From Lama glama (Eukaryota), in NCBI GenBank assembly GCA_028534125.1, contig CM052818.1:24058001-24122000 (forward strand): a stretch of DNA of 64,000 nucleotides, written 5' to 3'. The notes under the pieces are model-generated. The model was not told where the DNA came from. It ran no database searches and was given only the letters and a program-made list of their open reading frames with translations. Within the stretch, counting starts at the first letter, position 1. Each line of letters opens with the position of its first letter. Positions 1 to 13,085 of the stretch are shown here, in pieces. Both the position numbers and the translations under genes were made by a program.

Positions 1-944
1 CTTAATTTTTTTCTCTGCTAGAATCTACTGTACACCAATGTTTGTGTAGTGCTCTCATTTATGTTAACTCTTAAATATACAGTGAGAGGCTTAAGGATTA
101 AAAGAGAGCTTAGCTGCCTCTCCACTTTTTATTTAATTGCAATATCACTTAATTTTATGGTATCTAAACTGCACTGAATTATGTCAATAAAAAGCCTCCA
201 ACTTTTCTATTCAGTCTGCTTTAAAGAAAGTTCAGTTCTTACTGGACTCCATCTTTGCCTTATTATACCTACATGTGATGTGTGGGGTTTGTTACAATTA
301 ACTCTAGTTTGGAAATGTTAAGCTATGTACTTGAAATAACGGAGAAATAAAATGAAAGGTGTCATATACCCTTGAATGTAGAAATAAGGGCAAATCCTGC
401 ACTGACAGATATTCCTAACACTTGGGAACGCATATTGCAAGTTTTTAGAAATATTTCACTGAAACAAAACCAATTGTTTTGTAAGCTTATCAGGAACATT
501 GAAAATTCAAGGGTGACTTTTGCCTTAATAACTTTTATAACTCAAGAACTAGAGGAAGTAGGTATAAATCATGCAAGATGAACAACACATAATCCTGTTC
601 CCGTTTCTTCCACAGGTCAGCAAATCAAAAGAATATCCTGCTACAGAACATTAATTTATATAATTGTATGAGTTAGTATGTGAAACTTACAAGGACATTC
701 ATAGCATTTAGTCACAGTTCCTTTGGAAATTCAGCCACAATCTGAGTTTCTTCCATATCCTTCTTGTCTTCCACTGCCAATTTGTGTTTTATAAAAGTCT
801 TATCACTTTAAAAGCTGTTTTAGTTTACATTCTAAAATACAATCAAGCATGTGGGTTAGAACAGAGAAACGCCTTAATGGGGAACAGAAGTGAGAAAAAC
901 AGAACTGACATTTTGAATCTTATGGTTTGAGCTCAGCCAACTTA

Positions 945-1907
945 GTAACAACAACAACAACAAAAATCCTAATCCAAAAATGGGCACAAGACCTAAAAAA
1001 GCAACTTTTCAATTAAGACATATAAATGGCCAATAGGCACATGAAAAATGCATGATATCACTAACTATCAGAGAAATGCAAATCAAAACTACAATGCGGT
1101 AATCCTCCTCACACCAGTCAGAATGGCCATCATTAAAAAGTCCACAAACAATAAATGCTGGGAAGGGTGTGGAGGAAAGGGAACCTTCCTACACTGTTGG
1201 TGGGACTATAGTTTGGTGCAACCATTATGGAAAACAGTTATGGAGATTCCTCAAAAAACTAAAACTAGACTTACCATATGATCCAGAAATGCCACTCCTG
1301 AGCATATATCCAAAGGGAATTCTAATTCCAAAAGATACATGGACCCCAATGTTCATAGCAGCACTATTTACAGCAGCCAAGACATGGAAGCAACCTAAAT
1401 GTCCTTTGACAGAGGACTGGATAAAGAAGTTGTGGTATATTTATACAATGGAATACTACTCAGCCATAAAAAATAATAAAATAATGCTATTTGCAGCAAC
1501 ATTGATGGACATGGAGATTGTCATTCTAAGTGAAGTAAGCCAGAAAGAGAAAGAAAAATACCATATGATATCACTTATGGGTGGAATCTAAAAAATAAAG
1601 ACACAGATGAACTTATTTACAGAACAGAAACAGACTCACAGACATAGAAAACAAACTTATGGTTACCAGGGGGGGGAAAGGGGTGGGAAGGGATGGATAA
1701 ATTGGGAGTTTGGGGTTTATATACACTAACTACTATATATAAAATAGATGAAACTGCAAGGTCCTACTGTATAGCACAGGGAACTATATTCAATATATTG
1801 TAGTACCTATAGTGAAAAAGAATATATGTATGCATATGTATGACTAAAATATTATGCTGTACACCAGAAATTGACACAACATTGTAAACTGACTATACAT
1901 CAATAAA
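945..1907 (+). mobile_element. LINE-1 3' fragment (ORF2 C-terminus plus 3' UTR), young artiodactyl/camelid type, frameshifted
   Basis: ORF 1048-1281 ([26 protein letters not shown] knuckle) and ORF 1169-1591 (LPYDP..PMFIAALF..WKQPKCP..WYIYTMEYYSAIK) together give the L1 ORF2 C-terminus with a frameshift near 1240. A G-rich 3' UTR and terminal AATAAA follow. Confidence 0.97.
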
Positions 1908-2515
1908 GAGCAAATAAGTCTTATTGTTGGAAAACTGAATGACAAAGAATATACAATTTCTCAAGAAAGGTGTAGAATTAAACATGTTTGGTAAATAGGT
2001 TTGTACATGTGATGACTAAATGAGTAACTGATATTTAAAAAACAGTTATTTGGTTGATTCTTTCACATTGCGGAATAAATGGCTTGTTGTTCCTCCCCTC
2101 TCCTTTTAAAATAGATGATCCCTTGCTTGATTCCACTAGCTTACAGTAATATGTTGAGGTAGAAGCTTACATTTTAGTGATGGGATGCACTGGCAAAAGT
2201 AATTGACAGTTATTATTTATATATGAAATCTTTGTTCAGAGCATCTGTTTCCTTGACACACTGACTTAAAGAAAAATATTTTGCTCCCCAGATTGTTTTC
2301 ACAAAGGAACACCTTCCCATCACCTGTGGCTTAAGTTTTTATTTTCCTGCCAACGTTTGCATATTGAGACTCCTCTGATACAATAGCTCACATGTCAGGA
2401 CTAAGACTGTTTCTGACTTCAGCAACCTATTCCCAGTAGCAGGTTTCCCTCACCATTCAACAAACTCAACCATGCAGATCATGCATCTTTTCATCAATCT
2501 GAAAAAAAAAAAAAA

Positions 2516-3015
2516 NNNNNNNNNNNNNNNNNNNNNNNNNNNNNNNNNNNNNNNNNNNNNNNNNNNNNNNNNNNNNNNNNNNNNNNNNNNNNNNNNNNNN
2601 NNNNNNNNNNNNNNNNNNNNNNNNNNNNNNNNNNNNNNNNNNNNNNNNNNNNNNNNNNNNNNNNNNNNNNNNNNNNNNNNNNNNNNNNNNNNNNNNNNNN
2701 NNNNNNNNNNNNNNNNNNNNNNNNNNNNNNNNNNNNNNNNNNNNNNNNNNNNNNNNNNNNNNNNNNNNNNNNNNNNNNNNNNNNNNNNNNNNNNNNNNNN
2801 NNNNNNNNNNNNNNNNNNNNNNNNNNNNNNNNNNNNNNNNNNNNNNNNNNNNNNNNNNNNNNNNNNNNNNNNNNNNNNNNNNNNNNNNNNNNNNNNNNNN
2901 NNNNNNNNNNNNNNNNNNNNNNNNNNNNNNNNNNNNNNNNNNNNNNNNNNNNNNNNNNNNNNNNNNNNNNNNNNNNNNNNNNNNNNNNNNNNNNNNNNNN
3001 NNNNNNNNNNNNNNN
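2516..3015. other. Assembly gap (500 N)
   Basis: Exactly 500 N with a 14-nt A run on each side. Confidence 0.99.
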
Positions 3016-3203
3016 AAAAAAAAAAAAAACAACGCCGCCCTGAAGTACAGTTAATAAAGACACCTAAAATTGGTATTTCCTTACAGAGTGCTAAAGGATT
3101 TCCACAGTATCTTTGCCATGTGACATAGATTTAGAATTTGCTCCCTGTGATGATTGGTTCTTATGTTTCAAAACCAGTTTTCCTCTTTGTAGTTTGCTGT
3201 TGT

Positions 3204-3240
3204 ACACACACACACAAACACACACACACACACACACACA
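3204..3240. repeat. (CA)n microsatellite
   Basis: Read directly; one interruption. Confidence 0.95.
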
Positions 3241-3749
3241 GTTTCTTTACTCACATTTGAAATACCGCTTAAAACTCCTATTGATTTTGCAAATTATTTT
3301 TTGAGGTTATTTCTACTAGTATTTCCAACCACTATGTTAAATTTTCACGGAAGGAATTTGCAGCTGTGAGCAGTTAAGTAGTTTCCCAGAACATCTCGGT
3401 AAATCAGAAACCTAATACACAACACTACTTCCTAATGTGGCTCCCTGGAGCTATATTTCCCCAGAAAGGAGATCTGTGGGACCATTTGGGGCACACTGAA
3501 AGAAAATGGAGATTGAATTTTAGCCAGAAATCAGCTTGTTCCTGGGGACATCAAGTTTTGTACAGTCCTTACTGATAATTTATGACAGTACACACCATGA
3601 TTTAATTTTCCCACTTCAGGTGACATGGCCTGGATACTGAACAAAAGTGATGTCCTTCAACCCTCGAGCAATGTGTTAAGCCTAGACCTCCATACGTATA
3701 CATATATACAAATGCATATATATATGCTCACACTCTCACACACGTGTAT

Positions 3750-3773
3750 ACACACACACACACACACACACAC
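3750..3773. repeat. (CA)n microsatellite
   Basis: Read directly; lies in a TA/CA-rich tract from about 3690. Confidence 0.9.
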
Positions 3774-5070
3774 GTATATCTCCCATTTTGTAGCAGATTT
3801 TTAATGTAGGTAGGTTAATGTATGTTACTGATGATAAGATTTTATGTGTCATTTATCTGAATTATATTATAATAACCAGTAATATCTTATTGACATTTAA
3901 TTGTACCCCCCTAGAGTCCATCCTATAAATAGTGCACAGTTGATGGAACAGACTGAGTTTGAATTCTCATTCTGACATTTACTAGCTGAATAACAGGGTT
4001 AAGAATTTAAATTACTACTTCAACATGGAGAGAGATTATCTCTGCTTCACTTCTAAAACTCACTGGAAATAGGAGTAAATGAAATTTTAGATATTCCAAT
4101 AATGGTATTTCACTCTTTCACTTTTAAGTTTCTTTTGGTTCAAACAATTCCTACTCTGAAAATTGTAGACAGTTTAAAATTCCAAGTTCTTAATAGATGT
4201 TAATCACCTCCTTCTTCCTTCTTGAGACAGCATCTTGGAACAGCAGAAGGCTTAGGTCCCCATGGCATAGGGCTCCCCATGAGACTGGGGCTGGTGTTTC
4301 CTGCTGGTCTTTGGGCTGCTCCACACCGGCTCTGTGGAGGCTGGTACCCCTGAGGTGGGGTCAGTCTGTTTCTATCCATAAGTGTCCTGTCGGCGTACAT
4401 TAATGAGTTCTGCCCTCCTGAACTAGCCACAACCCTGCAGCTCTCCCCTGCTGCTGACTCATTCCCATTGATGCCTGAGGAACTCTGCATCTTCCTGAAC
4501 CGTGACTGCTGACACCCAGTTCAGTCCCCAAAGTAGTCTGTTCAGTAGCCCTGAATGCCCAAGATACTTTGCCCCCACTGTAGTAACCAGACATACAGCT
4601 CCTTTTTTGCATTCTCTCCTAGAGAATATAGGACTTTCTGGGGCCCTGTGTAGACACCTGGCTGCAAAAGTCAGCTTAGAGATGCCAGCCCAGGCTCATC
4701 TATCTCCTGTCGGCTCCTTCACCACCATTTCCATATTGGCACAAGACACGCGGAAGGATAACCTCTTCCCAGGGGGGCAAATAGTGGACAAGGCTAAAAT
4801 ACCTTTACTTCCAGATTTTTTCTCAACCTATTTAGTAAGCTTTTTTACACTAAGTATGTATTCCAGACATAGAGTTTGTCTCTCTGATTCTCTGCATCTT
4901 ATCATATGCCTTTATGGGCAGAAAGGTCAAGCTTCACATTTCCTATTGCTGTTCAATGTAATATTGACATACAGGTAATATCATATATATCATGTTATAT
5001 TATTATCTGTTTTATTATACATTATATATACATAAATATATATATGCATATGTATGTGTATATATATATA

Positions 5071-5293
5071 TTTGACTCTGGAAGAACACAGGAGTTAGAG
5101 GTGCCAATCCCTGCACAATTTAAAACCTATATATAACTTTACAGTTGATTCTCTGTATCTGAGTTTTCACATCCCTGAATTCAACCAACAGAGGTTTGTA
5201 TTGTACTGTAGTAGTATTTTTGAAAAAAAATCCCCATATGAGTGGACCTGCACAGCTCATAAGCTCAACCCCATATTGTTCAAGAGTCAACTG
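5071..5293. mobile_element. TcMar-Tigger MITE (Tigger2a/MER8-like)
   Basis: TIRs ttgactctggaagaaca ... tgttcaagagtcaactg followed by TA; internal gtggacctgcacag motif typical of the family; embedded in a (TA)n tract. Confidence 0.85.
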
Positions 5294-7050
5294 TATATAA
5301 TGTAATATGTTAATATTAATCAATATTATATAAATATAATAGTCTTACAATAACTGAGTGATGGAGGAGTGATACTATTGTCTCCATTTTTTAAATTTAG
5401 AAACGAAACTTCAGAATCTAACACACTTCCTTATAAGGCATTTATGTGAGTTGAAAAAAAGGGGTTGGGGTTTTAATCTTTTCATGACACATAACTTAAA
5501 ATTGTATAACTCTTAATTGAGACCAGATCTTATAACAAGTAAGAGTTTTGTAAGTGTAGCAGTTCAGAGGATTTTTGAGATGATTTCGCTCAGTCCCATA
5601 TACGTAACAGTTCCATGAGCTTTCCTTCCTACCCACACCATCCTGAAACTTCAAGTTTAGTACCCTCTCCTACTTTGAACAGGGACTATAAATGTGCTAA
5701 GCCATTGAAAAGAGACTTTGCTCACAGGCCTATTTTGGATTAGACTGATTAAAATCTGGAAACACAGAGAGATGAGTATCTGTTGAAAGACCAAAGGGGT
5801 AATAGGTGGCTGTTGTTTGTAGGCAGCTTGCCTTGAATGGCAATGAAAGGAATTAATGGGGTTCCAAGCTCACAGTGATCTGGATCTGGTCTTCCCATGA
5901 AAGGTCACATCAGTTCTTACTACTTACTTCAGCCAACACTAATCCAGTCTGTGGGGACAGAACGTTTTAGATCTTCATCTAGATTACTTTTTTATTTATA
6001 CCACTCCAGGAAGGGGGGCACAGCATATAGCCACCAGAGGACAGCAGAGAGCCAGGAGCAGTTGCACAGGTGGCTTCATGCAATGACACGTTTGGAGCAG
6101 AAAGTGATGCAGAAGAATCTGTGGCCAGTTACCTCATCCCTGAGCCAGGATCCCACTTAATGGGAGAAAAGAAAAATATTTAAGTGCTATCCACAAAAGA
6201 GGTTTAAGTTGCAGTCCTCAGGAGTATTGTGATACTGGCACAGAGTTTGAGAAACCACACGGGATGAGAAAAATGGAAATGATAATTGCTTAGGAATCAG
6301 ACAAATGTTGATCTACTTAGCAAGCATTTCTGAACACCTACAATACACCATGTACTCGGCTAGACTTTGTAAATGGAAAGATAAAAGGAAGCCCAAGGGA
6401 GGAAACTGGCATAATGAGAACATTCAAGGCAAATCCTTATGAATGTAAAGACATGATCTACATATAATTTTAAACCTAACTTGGAAAGGGTAGAATTTTA
6501 GAACTTTTGGAAAAGTATTACTCAAAATGATAATATTTAACAAAAATTAAGAAGGATCATGAGAAATAATGAGAACTAAGTGTAAATGAGTAAAGTATAA
6601 TGGAATATAAACAAAAGGAAAGTTATTAAGAAGCACACCTGAATTTATACTAGAAAATGCATCCAAAACATAGGAAGAAGAGTAAGGACAGTAAAACAAA
6701 CACGGTGTTTACCTGTAACATTACTGGTAACCTTCCAGAAAAACAAATCAGTAACTTGGAGAGGCAAAACAAGGGTATTTCTCCTTTTAAATTGAAAGCA
6801 AAAGGAAAGGAAGTGAAAATGACAGGTGAAGACTGCTCTTTCACAAGTTTGAAAATTAAAAGGAAGGAGAGACATAAGATTGTAGAGGGGGTAACATTTT
6901 CAGAAGGGAAAGAGAAAATTTATGAAACGTGGATCCAGTCAATGGTAAGATGTGTGCTAAAAGCTTTAAAAAATTCAACTTGAATTTATTTTAGAAAAAA
7001 AAAATGTCAAAACCAAGCAGAAACACAAACAAAGCTCTTTGTGTTTGAAG

Positions 7051-7606
7051 TGTGGGGAAGGAAAAATTATTTTCCCTCTTCCCTTCTTGGTTCTTGGCTG
7101 AGATCTCCTTGTAATAAAAGACTGATTAACAGGAAAAAAACAGAAGTTTCATAACATGTATATCTCCTATGTATATGAGAGATACTCAAGAAAACTGAGT
7201 AACTCCCCAAGATGGTCCAAGTCACCATCTTAAATATCATCTCAAGTTAAAAACAAAAGATGTTGGAGGTTGAAGGAGCCAGTTTGGGAAAGCTACTAGG
7301 AAAAGCACAGTTTGTTTGGGTAAGATTGTTATGCAGATTTATGTCATTGCCTTCTCCACTGATAAAGAGTTTCTAGAGATTTAAGTCATACTTCTTTCCC
7401 CTGTACGGAGAGGAAAACACTCCTACAAAAGTAGACTGTCCTTATAAATGTAAATGTCTCTTGCAAAGGGGTAACTTCTATTCAGCTTTCAAAGCTTTTC
7501 CCAGGTCTGCTATTTCTTAAAAATAAAAATCAACCTAAATCTTAAAAACTTCAGTCTAAAATAATCTTTATGCCAAAAAGGTATATTTGGGGGTGTCAGA
7601 TTCTGC
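7051..7606 (-). mobile_element. ERV1 solo LTR, MER34-family-like
   Basis: The right end aataatctttatgccaaaaaggtatatttgggggtgtcagattctg is the reverse complement of the MER34-type start CAGAATATGCCACCCCAAAATATGCC.CTTTGGCATAAGGATTATT; about 550 bp. Confidence 0.8.
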
Positions 7607-8479
7607 AGGGAGCAGAATAACATACATAACACATTGTGCTTAAATCATTCTCATAGAATTATATTATAATGAAGATCTCGTAGTAGTTTCAATATTTAAC
7701 TGGACAGAATCCAGAAAGGCCTATATTATACAGAGTTCCAGGTTGTTTTAGTTTATGGTCATGACAAAAGTTTTATATACTAATTATGTTTGGTGAGTTG
7801 GATGTAGCCCAAGTAAAAAAATGTGTTCAGAGTGCATTGGGTTCATTTCATTAGGCTGCTAGAAGATCCTATAATGATGATATATTGCATTTATATAAGG
7901 TGTTTTTGCCACAGAGTTCTAAGCACTATATCTTTCTTTGAAAATTTTGCCTACTTATTACCTCCCGCAATACCCTTGAGGAGGGAAGTTGGTAGATATT
8001 ATTTATTTTCTTTTTTCTGGCAAAGGTACAAAGAGGCGATGTAATGTGTTTATAGAAACACAGCAGGACAGGACCTGATCAGCTTAACCTATGTTTATGA
8101 GATGTAATTCATCAGTGTACCTAGTGTCTAAAAGAAGCATGGTAACCTCAGTTGGAAGAAACTACCTTCTCTATTGACTGTGTGGCAAGCTATGGAAAAA
8201 AAGAGATTACATACTCACAGCATCTAAAGGATAAATCCACATCGTAGGAAACACCTTTATGAGATCGATGCTGACCAAATAAGGAGTGAAAAACTGGAGT
8301 GTTTAGGCAAGCACCATCATGCACCAATTTCCATGCATATCTTTGCAAGATGTTGTAAATAGACAAAATAAAAGCCTAAGGAAACCTTTGAACAAAGAAC
8401 TGGCATAAAAAGAAATATATGAGACAAATTCTCATGGATGTAAAGATATGGCTATAAATAATTTTAGTCCTAATTTGGA

Positions 8480-8718
8480 CTGGGTAGAACGTTGGGCCTC
8501 CTAACATTCTAATCGGGGTTATGCCTGCTGATGGATGGGGCTAGATCCAGGTGTTTCATAAGCTAGAGAGAAGATTCCAAAATGGCACTTGCCAGCACAG
8601 TGTCCATGTGGCAGAAGGAGCTCCCCTAAATGGCTGCTGCCAGTGTCTGTGTCTCCAGGGTGAACTCTCATTGCTCCTGCCTTTCCTGGAGGCTCTCCAA
8701 GTGGGTCTGACCAGGCTC
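8480..8718 (-). mobile_element. Older L1 (L1M2/L1M3-type) 5' UTR, downstream part
   Basis: ttccaaaatggcacttgccagcac...aaatggctgctgccagtgtctgtgtc...gtgggtctgaccaggctc matches antisense L1M 5' UTR; continues at 9556. Confidence 0.75.
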
Positions 8719-9557
8719 TTTTTTTTTTTTTTCCACTTTATCATTATCATTAATCAATTTTAAAGGTTATTTCCATCTACAGTTATTACAAAATATTGGC
8801 TATATTCCCCATGTTGTACAAAACATTCTTGGGCCTGTCTTACACAAATAGTTAGTACTTCCCCCTCTCCCACCCCTATATTGCCCCTTCCCTCTCCCCA
8901 CTGGTAACCTCTAGTTCATTCTCTACATCTGTGAGTCTGCTTCTTTTATATTATATTCTCTAGTTGTATTTTTTCGATTGCACGCTTAAGAAATATATAG
9001 TATTTGTCTTTCTCTGACTTATTTCACTCAGCATAATGCCCTCCAAGTCCATCCATGTTGCTGCAAATGGAAAAATTTCATTCTTTTTTATGACTGAGTA
9101 GAATTCCATTGTATATGTATACCACCTCTTCTTTATCCATTTATCTGTTGGACACAGGTTATTTCCATATCTTGGCAGTTGTAAATAATACTGTTATGAA
9201 CATTAGGGTACATTTATCTTTTCAAGTCACTGTTTTTGTTTTTTTTTCAGATATATACCTAGGAGTAGAATTGCTGGGTCACATAGTGGTTCTAGTTTTA
9301 GTTTTTTGAGAACCTTCATGTTGTTTTCCACAGTGGCTGCACAAATTACATTCCCACCAATGGTATATGAGGGTTCCCTTTTCTCCACATCCTCACCAGC
9401 ATTTGTTATTTGTGTTCTTGATGATAGCCATTCTGATAGATGTGAGGTGATATATTTCATTGTGGCTTTAATTTGCATTTCCTTGATGATTAGTGATGTT
9501 GAGCATCTTTTCATGTGCCTGTTGGCCATCTGCATTATCCTCTTTGGAAAAATGTCT
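8719..9557 (-). mobile_element. LINE-1 3' fragment nested inside an older L1 5' UTR
   Basis: Poly-T (antisense tail) at 8719-8732, antisense 3' UTR and ORF2 C-terminal region; minus frame reads [21 protein letters not shown]. Confidence 0.95.
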
Positions 9558-10000
9558 GCAGTGGGTCTTGGACTGTGTGAGATTACTTGTGTGCCCTTTA
9601 ACAGAGGCATCTCTGTTTCTACAGCCTTCTGGATATTCTGAAAGCAAACCCTGTTAGTCTTCAAAGCCAAACAGTCTGAGGTTCTTCCCAGTGCAGGATC
9701 CCTGGGCAGAGGAGCCCAGTGTGGGACTTGGATGTTTTTGCTCCTTGAGGAGAACCTGTGCAATTGTGATTACCCTCCTGTTTGTGGGTCCCCCACCTGG
9801 GGCATGGGTCTTGATTACAGTGCATCTCTGCCCCTCAAATTCCATTTGTTATGGTTCTTTCTCCCTATCTTTAGTTATAGAAGCTCCTTTCTATGAGTCT
9901 TCAGTCCTTCTTATCTACAGTTGCTCTGTAACTAGGTGTGATTTTGGTGTGCCCATGGGAGGAAGTGCACTCAGGGTCTTCCTACTCCATCATCTTCCCT
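9556..10000 (-). mobile_element. Older L1 (L1M2/L1M3-type) extreme 5' end
   Basis: Reverse complement begins GGAAGATGATGGAGTAGGAAGACCCTGAGTGCACTTCCTCCCATGGGCACACCAAAATCAC, the L1 5' start with a degenerate YY1 AAGATGGCG box. Confidence 0.85.
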
Positions 10001-10289
10001 GTAATAATTCATTAACTTTTCTTTTAAAATCAGCTTTCCATATTTTGACCATTTTTGTAATTATTATTCTAGATAAATCTACCCATGTCTATTATCGTAA
10101 CAGGGGCAATGATTTAAGAATAGTAACCATAATTTTAAAGAAAAGCAAAGTTTGTGAAATAAAAGAGAGTTTAAAAAATCAAACTGAGATATCCAAAAAA
10201 GAAATAAAGCTATTCTATATTAGAAGATTATTTTTTATTACTAACATCCTAGTATTACTCCAAACATGGGATAAAACAAATAATCATCT

Positions 10290-11900
10290 TTGTGTGTTTC
10301 AGTAAATACCTAGCAGTGGAATGCTAGATGATGTAGCAATTTCATGTTGATGTTTTCATGTTTACAATAAATTGCTAAACTCTTTTCTCAAATAGATCCA
10401 TAATCTTACATTTCTTCTACATTTCTTCTATTCTGGGAAGTATGAGATTTCAAGCCACTCTAATTCTTTACTTGATAATGTCAGATTTATTTTTAATTTT
10501 AGACATTTTAATAAGATTACAGTGGTATCTCATTTGGATTTTAATTTGTATTTTCCTAATAACTCATGCTATCGAGCCTCTTTTCATAAGTTGATTTAAT
10601 ATCCATATTTCTTTCTTGGTGAACTAGCTCTTCAAATCTATTCCCCATTTTTTAATCAAGTCATCAATCTCAATACTGAATTGTGTTTTTTTTAATTAAA
10701 AATCTTAATCTGATATGTGGTTTTGTAAACATTTTCTCCTGGTCTTTGGCTTGTCTTTTCATTTTATTAGCAGTATTTTTTAAGGAGGAACTTTTTAAAA
10801 TTCTGAGTAAGTCCAATTTATCAAGAGTTTTGTTGTTTGTCCTTTTTACATCATATCAACTTCCAATTTTTTATTGCTAGCATATAGAAATAAAAGTGAT
10901 GTTCGTATATTGGCCTTATACCATGTGACATTGCTAAACACACTTATTACTTCCAATAGCTTTTCTGTAGATTTTGAGGTTTGTTTTTTTCTTTAATGGT
11001 CAGGAATTTTGTGAATAAAGAAAGTTTTGTTTGACCTCTACTTCTTTTCTTGCCATTTTATTCTGCGTAGGACTTCCAGTACATTATGAAATGTAAGTGG
11101 TAAGAATGAACGTTCTTGCCCTGCTCACAAGCTTAGGCAGGGAGACTTCAGATGTCAATGTTAAATATGAGACCATTTTTGTAGGTGCATTTTATCACTT
11201 TGGAGAAGTATCTTTCTATTCCTCAATTGTTGAGAGTTTATATCAAGGAAGGCCATTGAATTTTGCTAGATTCTTTTTATGAATGTCTTGAGAAAATCAT
11301 GTGAGCTTTCTCATCTCTTGACATGATGAATTACACTGATTGATTCTGAATGCCGAACCGTACTTTCTTTCTTGGGATAAAGCCCTCTTGCTCATAATAC
11401 ATTTTACTTTTTATATATTGCTGAATTCCTTTTGTAAATATTTTGCTAGATACCTGCATCTATACTCATGGGTGATGCTGGTCTGGAATTTTCTTAATGT
11501 CTTTTTCTCACTTTGCTATCAGAGTAATGCTAGCCTCCTGAAATGAGTTTGAAAGTATTCCCTACTCTTGTATTTTATGGAAGAGTTTTGATAGAATTTC
11601 AGTAATTTCTTCCTTAAACGTTTGGGAAAATTCATCTGTTGAGATCATTGGGACCTAATTTTTTTTGTGGGGAGGTTTTATCTAGGAATTCAATGTCTTT
11701 AGTAAATAGAACTATTCAGGATATGCATGTGTTTATGTAAGCATATATGTATGTTTTTATTGAATGAGTTTTAGTAGTTTGTACTTTGCCTTGATTTGTC
11801 AATTTTCTTCTGACACTGACAATTCCTAATGTAAGTAATTTGTATCTTTTCTGTCTGTATTTTCTTGGTGAATTTAGCAAGGAATTCATTAATTATATTG
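10290..11900 (-). mobile_element. Old L1M (L1MC/L1ME-age) ORF2 remnants
   Basis: Degenerate antisense ORF2 landmarks: tacctagcagtggaatgct, cagtggtatctcatttggattttaatttgtattttcc, taggacttccagtaca, aatgagtttgaaagtattccct. Confidence 0.85.
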
Positions 11901-12169
11901 AAAAAAATTATTTCTCCCTTTTTGGATACATTAACACTTTCAAAATTGCATTTTTAAAATTTTTATAGCAATCAACTTAAAACATTTTAACTACATCATT
12001 TAAATCTTATTATTAATTAAAAGTTTAAGCTTCAGGTCTTTCAGAAATTCCACAAAAATTTTTGTAACCTGGTGTTTTCTTAATTTATTCAGTTAAATAA
12101 ATATGCAATTATCATATCTTGTGTTTATTGATTTGAGTTTTTGAATTTGACAACAGAATCTACTGTAGC

Positions 12170-12600
12170 TATTTTAACCACAATGGGGTATTTTTTTGGT
12201 GTTTTAACCAGAACAAAGATTTAGTTAGAGAAAAGCAGAAACTGACTCTGGAACATGCTTCCAGAAATAATATCACAGAATCGAGCTGCCAGTGAAGCTG
12301 CTGCATCTCCATGATCAGATAGCTATGGAACCTACTGCTAGGTACAGAATCCTATCACCTCAGGTTAGTTTTAACAGCAAAATTGAAGCCTCATTTTTTT
12401 GTTCTGTATTTGTGTAATGCAGTCCTGAACTAGCTAACTTACTAACTTCTTGTGGAAATGAATTGACCAGCAAATCCAAATCATGACCAGAATCCTGGTT
12501 TCAAGGAATCTAGAAAATTTAGTTTTTACTTTTATTTTTCTAGCTTTTGCTAACAGTGAAAGTTTGCTAAAAGACAACTGGAAAAAGTAGTGAGCAAACC
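12170..12600 (-). mobile_element. Ancient ERVL LTR (LTR33-like)
   Basis: cttccagaaataatatcacagaatcgagctgccagtgaagctgctg and caaggaatctagaaaatttagtttt resemble LTR33-family motifs. Confidence 0.45.
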
Positions 12601-12639
12601 AGTCTCATGGATCTATATCCAAAAAAAAAAAAATGATTA

Positions 12640-13085
12640 AGCAATTTGCCTTCTTAGTAACAAAACCAAAATTGTAGCAGAGTAAAACAGCATAAATGAC
12701 TTAAATGATGTCATTTTCTAGCCTGTCTTGATGGTAGGCATGGCCAGTTGTCTGAGTTCTAGCCAACGGAATGTATGAGAAAATGTTATACATACTTTCA
12801 GGATGACTGGTTAAAAGGAATCCACTCTACAGAAGGGCCCCTTCATCTTTGTCCGTGCTTCCTCCCTGCATTGGTCCACAATGCAGATGGACTCCTGAGG
12901 CTCCCGTGGCCATGAGGTGGTGTTGTACACACTGTGGCTAACATCAGGAAGAACCGATTGTGATCTTCACTGAAACCATGAAGTCTTCATGCCAGGCCCT
13001 TGACTTCTTACTTTTGGACTTCTTTATTTTAAAGAGAAATTGTTTCATTTTGTTTCAGCCACTTTTATTTGGAGATACTCACTAA
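12640..13085 (+). mobile_element. MaLR LTR (MLT1J/I-like)
   Basis: ttttctagcctgtcttg...ggcatggcca..tgagttctagccaacggaatgtatgagaa and 3' ttgtttcagccactttt. Confidence 0.65.

Noticed and set aside
1048..1591. ORFs resembling a zinc-knuckle protein
   Set aside because: Frameshifted L1 ORF2 C-terminus, not a host gene.
2466..3128. Long ORFs spanning the gaps (also 21702-22611 and 38100-38866)
   Set aside because: Artefacts of translating N runs.
9227..10305. 178-aa and 204-aa ORFs
   Set aside because: Chimeric frames across nested L1 fragments and flank; no host protein similarity.
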